NCBI GenBank assembly: GCA_977016875.1
Contig: CDRNST010000020.1
Span: 5,580,001-5,644,000 of the forward strand
Direction: 5' to 3'
Source of the DNA: Pavona decussata
Lineage: Eukaryota
DNA: 64,000 bases
The position numbers and the translations under genes are program-made. The notes beneath the pieces are model-generated. The model was given only the letters and a program-made list of their open reading frames with translations. It did not search any database and was not told the DNA's origin. This document shows positions 12,873 through 25,632 of this stretch, one piece after another. Each line of letters starts with the position of its first letter. The first letter of the stretch is position 1.

Positions 12873-15800
12873 TATCCTTATAAGTTATAAGAGCATAACC
12901 TGCTTTTATGGAAAGTATAAAAAAGGCTTAAGTAGTGTGACGAACGCGCACTATTCCAAGAAGCAGAGAACTCGGCTAATTTTGGTCGAACTTCACGGAT
13001 CCTGTAGGCTTGATTTTTAAGGAGCTCCGTTTGTTGCTTTTTGCGAAGAGGACACGAGGTGTGGATCAGCTTGGTCTTTCAAGTCGATAAGGAATTCTCC
13101 ACGTCCTGAAACAATTGTCTTTAGAAAGTATACAGGTCTCGTACTCTCGTTATCTTGCAAAAATATAGAAAAGTGCTCCACTTAGTTTATTCTCAAATAC
13201 CGCGCGCCACTGGAAAATACGCCCGTTTCTACTTCGCCCACTTGAGTTTGGCGAAGGAAACAAATGGTAAAAAAAACAAAAGAAAATTTGGGGCCTCAAC
13301 AGAGTAGCCTTGACGTAGTGAGTTTGGAGACGTCTACTGCATTTGAAACAGGGCTCAGGGCAAATACCGTAGGTTTCTAACGACAAAACTGTTTCGTGCA
13401 GCTCAAGTTATAATTGTTTGTGTCGAATTAAGCACTGTTTACATGTAAACGTTTTATAACGTTTCTTTTAACAAATAAAACTCGATAAGAAACAACCAGC
13501 TTGTAAGCAAAGCTCTTTGTGTTGTCGATGAGTAAATTATTTTAAAGAATCGGTGGTAAGAGTTTCTTTACCGTTGAAAATATGTCAAGTAAGTATAAAA
13601 GGACCGAACTCCTGATACATTTACTCCATGTTGTTTGCATGTATACCAAGATGGTCGGTAAATGTTTTTACGAGAGTCTTGCTAAAACGTGTCCACAACG
13701 ATACGTTTTAAAACGTTTTGTGCTAATAATTAAAAGCAACGAAGGATAGCCCTTTGTATCGTCGAGGTGTAAACTCTTTTAACGAATCGGTGGTGATAGC
13801 TTTGGGATCGTTCAAAATGTAGTGCGTAGGTGGCTCTCACTAGGTCTTTGTTTTTCCATTATCAAAGGAAGGACCTGACTTGTAATAAATTTACTCTATA
13901 TTTGGAGTATAGTTTGACATGATGGAGTAATATGCACTAATTAACAGCATGTCACAGGAAACAAAACAACAACATTATTTTAAAGGTTTGCTTAAGTTAA
14001 ATTCGTAGCAAAATAGTGATATCCGTGAGACACACAACATTACTACGAAACGTTGTCTTTCGTGCCAATTTTATAAGGCTTTAATTGTCATATTCACACA
14101 ACTACCATCACTGAAACTCGTGGCTTTACAAGTAATGTGTTGGGACCGCTTAACAGTCTCGACTAAACTGATTTGACGATGATTTTTAGATTGAGGACAA
14201 GTCGAGAAAATAATTTTCTTTGCTGAAAAGGCCATTTACACTTGGGCAGAGATCATCTAACGAGTCGGAAATTGCAAAAAATTATCATAGACTTTCACAA
14301 GCTAGAGTCACGAGAAAGATGAACATATTTCGAATTATCACCTTGTCTCTTACAAATACATCAACATTGCGACAGGCGATCTTTTATCATGCCTTGCATC
14401 TAACCATTGTTCTGATAAAAAGCAACGATGTCTGGGATTTAGTTATGAGCCTTAAAGAACGAGACGATGAATAAAAATGGAAAACATATTGCATAAACGA
14501 ATTTTCCTTTTACTGAACTCATGGAAACGGTAAGAATTCAAAAAACTATTTCAGTGTTGAAAACATCAGTAGAAGAACATTCTCGAGGTGAACGACTTTT
14601 GTTTACGGAAATTAAAAAATACGGAGCTTCGGAATTTCGCTAACATTTCATTTAAATGTTGCTTTGAGAGAGAAATTCTACAGAACTGGCACACTTTATT
14701 TAATTCAGCAAGATGAATGTATTCCATTTAATATTGGGATATTTCATAAAAGCCTGTTTTTATTGTTTGAGAAGGGGCTACTGATTGTTAGTGGCAACTA
14801 CACGAAACGGATGGTACGAAGTGAAGCATAATTTGAGTGATTGATAACTTTGTCTACTGGGAACGTTTAATATATTCCATGTATTGATCAGTAGCAGTAT
14901 AGTCATCGTTCATGGTTCTGGTTCATGGTTCATTTCGATTCAGACTTGCGGAAGATCGGATTGTGTTGAAGAGTTGGCTGTGTTGAACGAGGGTGAGTGC
15001 TGAGGGTTTCCCAAATTTAAGGCTACAGAGGAAATGGATTTAACATTTCCTAAAACATTTGTTGAACCAAAATGTCGGGGACATTTCGACATTGTTGAAT
15101 GTGTTAAAAATATTGAAGGCTTGTGGAAAACGTGTTGAATCAAATTTCAAATTGGTTAAACCTTTCACTCAACATCGATTCAACATTTCCTTTATTCTCG
15201 AAAATGTTGAATGGCGTTGAACCCGTTTAAACACTTCGTTCAGGTTTTGCCTCTAACATATTGCAAACGTCCGTTGAAAATTTTGTTGACGGAATGTTGT
15301 TCAAATGTTGAAACCGTTTAAAGGGGCCTTCATCCTTCTTAGTTATAAGAGCATAACCTGCTTTTATGAAACGTATAAAAAAGGCTTAAGTAGTGTGACG
15401 AATGCGCGCTATTCCAAGAAGCAGAGAACTCGGCTAATTTTGGTCGAATTTGGCGGATCCTGTAGGCTTGATTTTTAAGGAGCTCCGTTTGTTGCTTTTT
15501 GCGAAGAGGACACGAGGTGTGGATCAGCTTGGTCTTTCAAGTCGATAAGGAATTCTCCCCGTCCTGAAACAAGTGTCTCATAGAAAGCATAGAGGTCTCA
15601 AAAATATAGAAAAGTGCTCCACTTAGTTTATTTTCAAATACCGCGCGCCACTGGGAAATACGCCCGTTTCTACTTCGCCCGCTTGAGTTTGGCGAAGGAA
15701 ACAGATAGCAGAAAAACCAAAAGAAAATCTTGGGCCTCAGCAGATTCGTCCTGACGTATTAAGTTTGGAGACGTCGACTGCATTTGAAACGGGGCTCACA

Positions 15801-16787
15801 GGGAAATACCGTAGGCTTCTAATGACAAGACTGTTTCGTGCAGCTCAAGTTATAATTGTTTGTGTCGAATTAAGCCCCGTCCACATGTAAACGTTTTATA
15901 ACGTTTCTTTTAACAAATAAAACCCGACAAGAAACAACCATACTTGTAAACAAAGCTTTTTGTGTTGTCGATGAGTAAATTGTGTTAAAGAATCGGTGGT
16001 AAGAGTTTCTTTACCGTTGAAAATATGTCAAGTAAGTATAAAAGGACCGAACTCCTAATACATTTACTCCATGTTGTGTGCATGTATACCAAGATGGTCG
16101 ATAAATGTTTTTACGAGAGTCTTGCTAAAACGTGTCCACAACGATACGTTTTAAAACGTTTTGTGCTAATAATTAAAAGCAATGAAGGATAGCCCTTTTT
16201 TATCTTCGAGGTGCAATCTCTTTTAACGAATCGGTGGTGATAGCTTTGGGATCGTTCAAAATGTAGTGCGTAGGTGGCTCTCACTATGTCCTTGTTTTTC
16301 TATTATCAAAGGAAGGATCTGACTTGTAATAAATTTACTCTATTTTTTGGAGTATAGTTTGACATGATGGAGTAATATGCACTAAATAACAGCATGTCAC
16401 AGGAAACAAAGCAACAACATTATTTTAAAGGTTTGCTTAAGTTAAATTCGTAGCAAAATAGTGATATCCGTGAGACACACAACATTGCTACGAAACTTTT
16501 TTTTTTTTTCGTGCCAATTTTATAAGGCTTTAATTGTCATGTTCACACAACTACCATCCCTGAAACTCGTGGCCTTACAAGTAATGTGTTGGGATCGCTT
16601 AACAGGCTCGACTAAACTGATTTGACGATGATTTTAAGATTGAGGAGAAGTCGAGAAAATAATTTTCTTTGCTGAAAAGGCCATTTACACTTGGGCAGAG
16701 ATCATCTAACGAGTCGGAAATTGGGAAAAAATATAATAGACTTTCACAAGCTAGAGTCACAGGAAAGATGCATATATTACGAAATAT

Positions 16788-19767
16788 TAGCGGAGCTCTC
16801 GCGCGCGCCGCAGGCGCGCGCAGCGGAGCCCCATAGCTAAGAGAATTTGGTAACCCGTGAATGCGAGAAATTTTGGTTTGATTATGACGTCACTTTTGTC
16901 CGTCCGTACACCGTACGTCCGTCCGTCCGTACGCAATCCCACAATGCTAATGCGCCCGTGTTTGTTTGGCGGGAAGTTGCATGGCGAGATAGTTTGGCAA
17001 GATGCGTTTACAACAGAAATGCTAAAGAACAAAAAACACAAAGACAATTTATACGTATTTGTTGGATATGTTGACAAACGTGGAAAGAAGAGAAAGAGAG
17101 AGAAAAAGAAAACAAAAAAGCGGAGACGATCAAGCAGAGTTGAACGTGGAAGAGAGCGACGGATAGCAAGTTAGAGCAGGCCGACCGGAAAAGAAAAGTA
17201 AGCTTAAGTTTAAAGAAGCCTCACATTTACCTATACCACCCGTTCGTGATTAGTTATGGTAACTTTTAGAACTCTAAAATAGCTTTACATAGACACTCTA
17301 ATCGCTTTCGATACCAGCAATATTCGAGAAGTTAATTTTGAAAAATTTGTTTCGTGGCCGTGTGTTTTTTCGTTCACAAGTTTCAAAGCTCTGAAATAAT
17401 TCTACCAAACACCAAAGAGTACGTTTCGGTATTCTCCTTTTCTTAAACTTAGAGACTAGAATTATTACTAATTAAGAGCAGAATTGACACAGTTTTTAAT
17501 ATCCAATAATTTTTCGCCGGGAGCTTACTTGCTCTCGCAAAAAAATACCATGTTTACGTGATTACGACGGCCGTTTCAACAGATCATTTGTAAACCAAAA
17601 AGGTTTCTTCCCGGAAAAAAATCGATAACTTTCCTTTATGTGACGTGTTTCAAGCTTTACACAGATATTTTAATCGTTTATTAAATTCTCGATACCATCG
17701 ATATTCGTGTAGAAATTAATTTTTGAACATTTTGTTTCGTGGCCGTGTTTTTTTTATTCGCACCTTTCGGCATTCATGTGTTTCTAAACACACATAAGTT
17801 TAAAAGCTCTGAAATAATTCTACCAAACACCAAAGACTATTTTCCCGTATTCTCCATTTGCTAACGTTTATTTAGAGACTAGAATTATTACTATAGGACC
17901 AGAATTGACACAGTTTTGGATTTCCAAACACTTTTCCCCGGGAGCTAACTTGCTCTCGCAGAAAATGTCATGTTTACGTGATTCTGACGGCCGTTTACAG
18001 ATCATTTGTAAACGAAAATGCTTTCTTCCAGGCAACAATCGATAATTTTATTCATGTTATGTGTTTAAAGCTTTGTGCAGATGCTTTTATCGTTTATTAA
18101 ATTCTCGATACCATCGATATTCGTTTAGAAATTAATTTTTGTACGATATTGTTTCGTGGCCGTGTTCTTGTCATTCACACCACACGGCTCTCATGAGTTT
18201 GTAAACAGACACAAGTTTAAAAGCTCTGAAATAATTCTACCATACACCAAAGACTATTTTCCCGTATTTTCCATTTGGTTGACGAGACTAGAATTATTAC
18301 TATAGGACCAGAATTGACACAGTTTTGAATTTCCAAACATTTTCCCCCGGGTCGGTAACTTGCTCTTACACAAAAAAATATTATCATGACGTGTAATTCG
18401 ACGGCCGTTTACAAATCATTTGTAAACGAAAATTGTTTCTTCCAGTACATGTATTTCTTTACTGAGATTGGTTCTCGCAACCGTTAAACAGAGATCTCGA
18501 CTCGTCTTGAAGAGATGGGGAAAACCACCTGAGAAAATCCGAGCTCGCACTGAAGTGCCTCGAGAAATTTTAGCTATCTGGCAGACAAAAAGATAGACGG
18601 AACTCGTACAAAGTAATTGTTTTCAGAAACATCAGATCTAGAGCCGCTTGAAAAACCGTTTCGTTTCATAAAAGATCCAGAGTTCTTGCAAGCAACAAGG
18701 CACTAGATGCGTTTGTCAAAACACTGAGGAAAGATCGTGAAATTGCTTGCGTAGTAAACCAAGAAACACTCACCCGAGAAATCGTTGAAAAGCATTTCCA
18801 GTCTTTCAGCTCGGCCCAGCTGACACAACAAATCCTTCGCAGCTTCAAAATACTGCTTGGCTTTAGCTTTTGGTGCTAGAAATTCGTAGAAAATCTTGCC
18901 GATGCGATTGGCGCACAAGACGAGTACTCAATTTTTTACTGAGCTTGATGCAAAACCCTCTCGATTTCATTCAAACTTGAACAAAGCTGCCACTTTCATT
19001 CATGCCGGTCCGCGCGAGGGAAAATGTCACAAGTTTCTTTTTTTTTTTTTGACAAATAAAGTTCAGCTTTTCTGCTATAAATCTGTGCTTTGTCATCAAT
19101 GTGTTGAATAATAAAACAATTATCCTCCTCAATCTTGCGGAATATCGCCTGATTTTAGCCAACTCGGCCTACGGCCTCGTCGGCTAAGTATCAGGCGATA
19201 CTTGTTCCGCGCAATTTCGCAGGATAACTGCTAATTGTAAGAAGAAGTAGCGAGTTGAAAGCAGTTGCATGGTCGCCATGACTGATTTCAGTTTCTCAAC
19301 TGAACAAATGTCAATCCTATCCAAGTTTTTGACACAGATAATCCGGCTTTTGCTGATTCCTGTACAGTAAGACACACGAAAACTAACGTTTAGGAATTCC
19401 CTTTCTAGCTGCAGCAGTTGATTTCCATGTATTTGTGGTACAAACAACCCGGCTTAAACAGTCGAACTCCAAAGAACTTGAAAGAAGTCGTTGTTTATGG
19501 ACACAAAATTAAGAAACCAGCGGAATGTGGAACTGGCGTGTTCACCCAGCCTCCATTGTAACAAATCAGCATTCAAAAAAAATTTGCCCTCTGCATTGCA
19601 TTGTTATTGTTTGGCCGGGCAGTTTGCTGCATATGCACTAAAAATATAACTGCAGAAAGGATGAGGAACTGGTAAGGTTATTACGTTCACACACTAAGCA
19701 AATTTTTATATTTATGCTGTGACAAAAATTGGAGCTCCGCTTTTAGGCTTGGCTAAATATATATATT
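16788..19767 (+). mobile_element. Non-autonomous Helentron-like (DINE-1/HINE-type) element, copy 1
   Basis: 5' TAGCGGAGCTC, then a GC hairpin, a conserved core and a (GTCC/GTAC)n microsatellite (~16897-16933). Central ~420-bp tandem repeats (~17280-18440). 3' GAGCTCCGCT, then a TTTAG-N6-CTAAA hairpin and ATATATT. No TSD; empty site GAAATATCACCTTG at ~20035. Confidence 0.75.
19120..19227. repeat. ~108-bp imperfect palindrome centred on GGCC-TAC-GGCC
   Basis: TTATCCT..GCGGAA.TATCGCCTGAT.TTAGCC.AC.GGCC TAC GGCC.GT.GGCTAA..ATCAGGCGATA..TTCCGC..AGGATAA. Confidence 0.85.
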
Positions 19768-22102
19768 ACCTTGTCTCTCACAAATACATCAACATTGCGA
19801 CAGGCGATCTTTTATCATGCCTTGCATCTAAGCAATGTTCTGATAAAAATCAACGATGTCTGGGATTTATTTATGAGCCTTAAAGAACGAGACGATGAAT
19901 AAAAATGGAAAACATATTGCATAAACGAATTTTCCTGTTACTGAATTCTTGGAAACGGTAAGAATTCAAAAAAACTATTTGAGTGTTGAAAACGACAGCA
20001 GAGAAAACATTCTCGAAGAAAGATGCATATATTTTGAAATATCACCTTGTCTCTCACAAATACATCAACATTGCGACAGGCGATCTTTTATCATGCCTTG
20101 CATTTAAGCAATGTTCTGATAAAAACCAACGATGTCTGGGATTTATTTATGAGCCTTAAAGAACGAAACGATGAATAAAAATGGAAAACATATTGCATAA
20201 ACGAATTTTCCTGTTACTGAATTCTTGGAAACGGTAAGAATTCAAAAAAACTATTTGAGTGTTGAAAACGAGAGCAGAGGGAACATTCTCGAAGTGAACA
20301 GCCCTTGTTTACGGGAATTAAAAAAAACGGAGTATCGTAATTTCGCTAACATTTCATTTCAATGTTACTTTGAAAGAAAAATTCTACAGGACTGGCACAC
20401 TTTATTTAATTCAGCAAGATGAATGTATTCTTAAAGCCCGTTTCGTATTCCATGCAATATCGGTATATTTTATAAAAAGCCTCTTTTTATTTGTTATAAA
20501 AAGGGGCTACTGATTGTTAGTGGCAACTACATGGAACGGATGGTGCGAAGTGAAGCATAATTTGAGTGATTGATCACTTTGTCTACTGGGAACGTTAAAT
20601 ATATTCCATGTATTAATGAGTAACAGTGTAGTCGATTCGGACAAGCAGAAAATCAGACTGTGTTAAAGAGTTGGCTGTGTTGAACGAAGGTGAGCGCTGA
20701 GGGTTTCCCCAATTTAAGGCTACTGAATTTAAATGGATTCAACATTTCCTTAAAGATTTGTTGAACCAAAAGGTTGGGGACATTTCAACATTGTTGAATG
20801 TGTGAAAAATGTTGAAGGCTTGTTGAAAGCGTGTTGAATCAAATTTCAAATTGGTTAAACCTTTCACTCAACATCGATTCAACGTTTCCTTTGTTCTCGA
20901 AAATGTCGAATGGTGCTGAGCCCGTTTGAACACTCCGTTCAGGTTTTGCCTCTAACATTTTGCCGACATCCGTTGAAAGTTTTGATGAACGAATGTTGTT
21001 CAAATGTTGAAACCGTTTAAAGGGGCCTTTATCCTTATTAGTTATAAGAGCTTAACCTGCTCTAATGAAGAGTATAGAGAAGGCTTAAGTAGTGTGACAA
21101 ATTCACGCTATTTCAAGAAGCAGAGATCTCGGCTAATTTTAGTCGAACTTCACGGATCCTGTAGGCTTGATATTTGGGGAGTTCGGTTTGTTGCTTTTTG
21201 CGAAGAGGACATGAGGTGCGTATAAGCTTGGTTTTGGAAGTCGATAAGGAATTCTCCCCGTCCTGAAACAAGTGTCTCATAGAAAGTATAGAGGTCTCGT
21301 ACTCTCGTTGTCTCGCAAAATATAGAAAAGTGCTCCACTTAGTTTTTTCTCAAATACCGCACGCCACTGGAAAATACGCCCATTTCTACTTCGCCCACTT
21401 GAGTTTGGCGAAGGAAACTAATGGCAGAAAAACCAAAAGAAAATTTTGGTTCTCAACAGAGTAGTCTTGACGTAGTAAGTTTAGAGACGTCTACTGCATT
21501 TGAAACGGGGCTCAGGGCAAATACCGTAGGCTTCTAACGACAAAACTGTTTCGGGCAGCTCACATTATAAATGCGTGTGTTGAATTAAGCCACGGCCACA
21601 TGTAAACGTTTTATAACGTTGCTTTTAACAAATAAAACCAGATAAGAAACAACCATACTTGTAAGCATAGCTCTTTTTGTCGTCGATGAGTAAATTATTT
21701 TCAAGGATCGGTGGTAAGAGTTTCTTCATCGTTGAGAATATGTTGAGTAAGTATGAAAGGACCGAACTCCTAATACGTTTACTCCATGTCGTTTGCATGT
21801 ATACCAAGGTAGTCGGTAAATGTTTTTACGAGAGTCTTGCTAAAACGTGTCCACAACGATACGTTTTAAAACGTTTTGTGCTAATAATTAAAAGCAACGA
21901 AGGATAGCCCTTTGTATCGTCGAGGTGTAATCTCTTTTAACGAATCGGTGGTGATAGCTTTGGGATCGTTCAAAATGTAGTGCGTAGGTGGCTCTCACTA
22001 GGTCCTTGTTTTCCCATTATCAAAGGAAGGACCTGACTTGTAATAAATTTACTCTATATTTGGAGTATAGTTTGACATGATAGAGTAATATGCACTAATT
22101 AA

Positions 22103-23780
22103 CCAATCAGGACACAGGAAAATTACCACGTGACCAGTATTAGCCAATCATTTGGATATGGAAGGCTTGTGACGTCGTTGGCGCATGCGCATGGTCTTGG
22201 GACAGTTCTCTCACTACAGTTACATCTTCCAAGTAACCATGTTCTGCGGCAACAGCTTCTTCCACTAGGGTTCTGTCAGGCCACAGTACGCCCACTTGAC
22301 AAATGTTGATTCCATTCTCTCTCAGAGGAGTTAGAACTTCCGTTACTGCTTATGTGAAATGTGAAGAACTGACTGATTCAGGTTGATCTGTGTTGATCCT
22401 TGTATATAAGCGTGATAAAGGTCACATGACAGGGGTATAGGGAGGTATGGGGTTATCCCCCCTCTGATATCACGTGTAGTATGACGTAATTGAAAAATAA
22501 GGTGATTTTATTTGGACCAGTTAAATGAATGCTGAATAACGTCAAAGACGGTGACTGACCAATCAAGTGTAAGAAGATGTCGTCAAATCTGACGACAGAT
22601 CACGCCAAACGTGCGTACGTTACTTTTTTCTGATTGTTCGGTTCAATTCATATAAGGAGCGCGCGTAATTAAAAAAAATCATGATGAAGATGATCTGGGA
22701 AGAAGACGATGGCGATGACGAAGTTTTGGCAGAAGCTTTGGATCGAGCGGAGCTACAGTTGGGTGGAGGAACGAGTGATGCCATTAATTTTGAGCTTATT
22801 CCCTACACAGATCGTCGAGCACGACGTTTTGATGTACATCGTCGCGTCTTTACAACCCGTTTGTCTCAATCATCCCATGCTGTTGGTTCCAATAGAGGAA
22901 ATATTGCCCACAGATTAGAAAATGGGTCGCGACGTGCCGTATTGCAACAAGTGTTGAACGGAGAAGAAGATGACGGTGATTTTTTGTTTGTGAACATGTC
23001 GTCAAGTCGTTTGCACCACACATATCAATCACATCGCGTTTCAGTGGGTGAATGGCGTAGAAACGAAGGGCCGGTTAAAGGATTATTTGCTATGATGTCG
23101 CGCATTCTGAATTCAAATCAACAATTTGAAATGGATGACACGTTTCATTTGGAAGTGACACACGTGAGAAATCGAGGACGAGGAAGTGGGGAAAAAAGGA
23201 CTGAAACTGGGAACAAGACATATTTAAAAAATGTTGCAAAGTAAGACAAGTGTAGTAGTCATCAACAACGACGACAAACTTTGATGTGCCAGAGCGTTGG
23301 TGACACTGAAAGCGTATCGAGACAAGGATTATCGTTACAGAGATATTAAACAGGGTCGTCCCGTTTAAGGCAAATTAGCACGTGAATTGCATCATTTGGC
23401 TCGCTACCGGAAGGACCCTGTGGATTGGACGAGATTGATCTCTTTTCCAACAGTACTTGTCTGAGTATCAAATAGCAGTGGTGTCGGTGGATTACGGATA
23501 TCCAATCATTTACAACGGTCCAGAGCAAGCGGAGGACAAACAGTTGATCCTGATCAAGAATGGGGAACATTTTCACGCTTGCAATTCCATCAAAGGGTTT
23601 TTTGGTAGTGGTTATTATTGTTTGAAGTGTGAGCAAAAATACGATCGAAAGGATTTTCTACATCACCACTGTCCTGGATTGACATGTTATGTCTGTCATC
23701 AGAACGATGGTGAAGATCAGAAGAAAGTTGAAGGAGCTCATAATATTTTGACAAGCAGGCAACCATTATATTAAATCCAA
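22103..23780 (+). mobile_element. Polinton/Maverick-like remnant: promoter-like region plus decayed N-terminal part of protein-primed DNA polymerase B
   Basis: ORFs 22681-23244 and 23457-23774 plus intervening frames give ILNSNQQFEMDDTFHLEVTHV..GSG, INNDDKL*CARALV, LARELH..GPCGL, YQIAVV..IIYNGP..LIL..EHF..GFF..YYCLKC..HHC. I recognise this as the Polinton pPolB N-terminus. It has stops and frameshifts and is truncated before the exonuclease and polymerase domains. Confidence 0.7.
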
Positions 23781-24914
23781 ACCCAGTGGAGTACAATGTC
23801 TGCTATTAACTTAATGGGAACTTTTAATAAATATTATTTGATTCTTGGTAAAGTGTGTTTTTGATCCATGGCTATTTTGCAGGAGTGAAGTGGAAAAATT
23901 AATAACAAGATTCAATGAAGAAAAAAAGGTCTTAAAGGCTGATGGGCTAATTGTTGATTGCAAACATTACACTGTAAAATTTAAAGGTTGTATAATTTGC
24001 AATAATGATTAGATTTTATGATCCACATAATACATTAAAAAAAAATACACAATAATTTTAAAATACATTTTAAATTGGCAAAGTTTTACCCACTCCATAT
24101 CGTTCGTCCAATGGACTACACCTGTGAGTAGGCCTACAACAGACGCCTGGCTACAGTCTTGAAAAGTCCCTGAATTTCATCAAAAGGCCCAAATGAAAGT
24201 TCCCTAAAACCCATTTATCCTTGAAAAGTCCTGGGATTCTTTTATAAGTACTTAAAAAGTCCTTAATTTGTCCTAAAGTAGACTGAGCATATCTGAGTTA
24301 AACCAAAGTTAACATTGCGTAACATATACTTACATATTCTTATTTTTCTAATGTTTGATGGGTGACAAAAAGCAAGAAGCCATGCAATGTTTAATTCCAT
24401 TTCTTTACGAACCCAGCACAGGGATTGTTCATGGTGCCCATGGAATGTGTAAATCTTAGGTTTCTGAAACTTACACTGTAGCTTTAGTTCCTTTGTTATA
24501 TGTTGTTTTTTAGACTATAAAAATAACTACTATTTTCATCGCATAACTGATGTAAATGCATTATTTTCTGCAGTGACATTGGATTTGTAGGCCCTTAACA
24601 TGCTGCTTGTCAAGCTTCATGACAACACATTTTCACTTGGTGGACGTGGGACTCAAGTTGAATTTTGTTTCCTTTGCCATGCACTACGGGTATTTTGTAG
24701 CTTTCACCTCTTTTATGGGCTGAAAGTAACAGAGGAGCTTGGCTTTTTGAGGCTGCAACTCTGGGAGATAGAACATTCTTCTCCAGCTGCTTTCAAGGGA
24801 ACAAAACATCAACCAGTAGTGTGAGTATTTAAAACCAATTTCTTATTCACGTTAACACATTTTCTGTTGTAGCTATGAAAAAACATTGGGTATAAACACA
24901 ACCTAATGGTCTTT

Positions 24915-25632
24915 TTTAGGCTGTTGCTCTGTGAGAATTTTGTTCTCCGCGTGTTTCAGAGGCAAGTACTGTAACAAGCATTTATAAGACATATTTTGAA
25001 CCTCAAGCCTCCAGTACTAATCAATTAACCTTCTAGGTTGGCCTTGCTGAAGCAACAGAGAAGCTTAGCCTCTTTAGGCTGTGAGAATTTTGTTCTCTGG
25101 GTGTTTCAGAGGCAAGTAACTTAGAATAACAAGCATTTATAACACATGGTTATTTGTCGTTTCACAAACTAAAAATTCATCTATACGACAGCCATTTTCA
25201 TTCCATGTGCCTTTTTTAATAGCCCATAATAGTCTACATCCGGTCTGGGTCCCACGCGGTCACGAACGCCTGGGACTTCACAACAATAACTAGGAAATGT
25301 CACAACTCAGATCAGTTCGTCTCTCCAAGACATATTTTGAACCTCAAGCCTGCAGTACTAATTAATTAACCCACTAATTTGGCCTTGCTGAAGCAACAGA
25401 GAAGCTTAGCCTCTTTAGGCTGTTGCTCTGTGAGAATTTTGTTCTCCGGGTGTTTCAGAGGCAAGTACTGTAACTTAGAATAACAAGCATTTAAACATAT
25501 ATTTTGAACCCCACTCAGAAGCCTCCATCACTAATTAATTAACCCACTAGTTTGGCCTTGCTGAAGTAACAGAGAAGTTTAGCCTCTTTAGGCTGTTGCT
25601 CTGTAAGAATCTTGTTGTTCAGGTTTCTCAGA
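24915..25632. repeat. ~160-175-bp tandem repeat (~3.3 copies) with a ~185-bp insertion at ~25145-25328
   Basis: TAGGCTGT..GAGAATTTTGTTCTC..CAGAGGCAAGTA..GGCCTTGCTGAAG.AACAGAGAAG at ~24917, 25076, 25416 and 25589. Confidence 0.88.

Larger units (their letters stand above)
11290..22102 (+). repeat. ~2.45-kb macrosatellite (about 3 full units plus partials), interrupted by insertions
   Basis: Anchor AGACTTTCACAAGCTAG at ~11845, ~14290 and ~16738. Anchor GAGAGTCTTGCTAA at ~11319, ~13672, ~16114 and ~21830. Confidence 0.92.

Noticed and set aside
11604-21907. Recurrent short ORFs in the macrosatellite
   Set aside because: Frames and stops are not conserved between units.
24150-24270. Repeated TTGAAAAGTCC motifs suggestive of a MITE end
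   Set aside because: No matching second terminus or TSD found.
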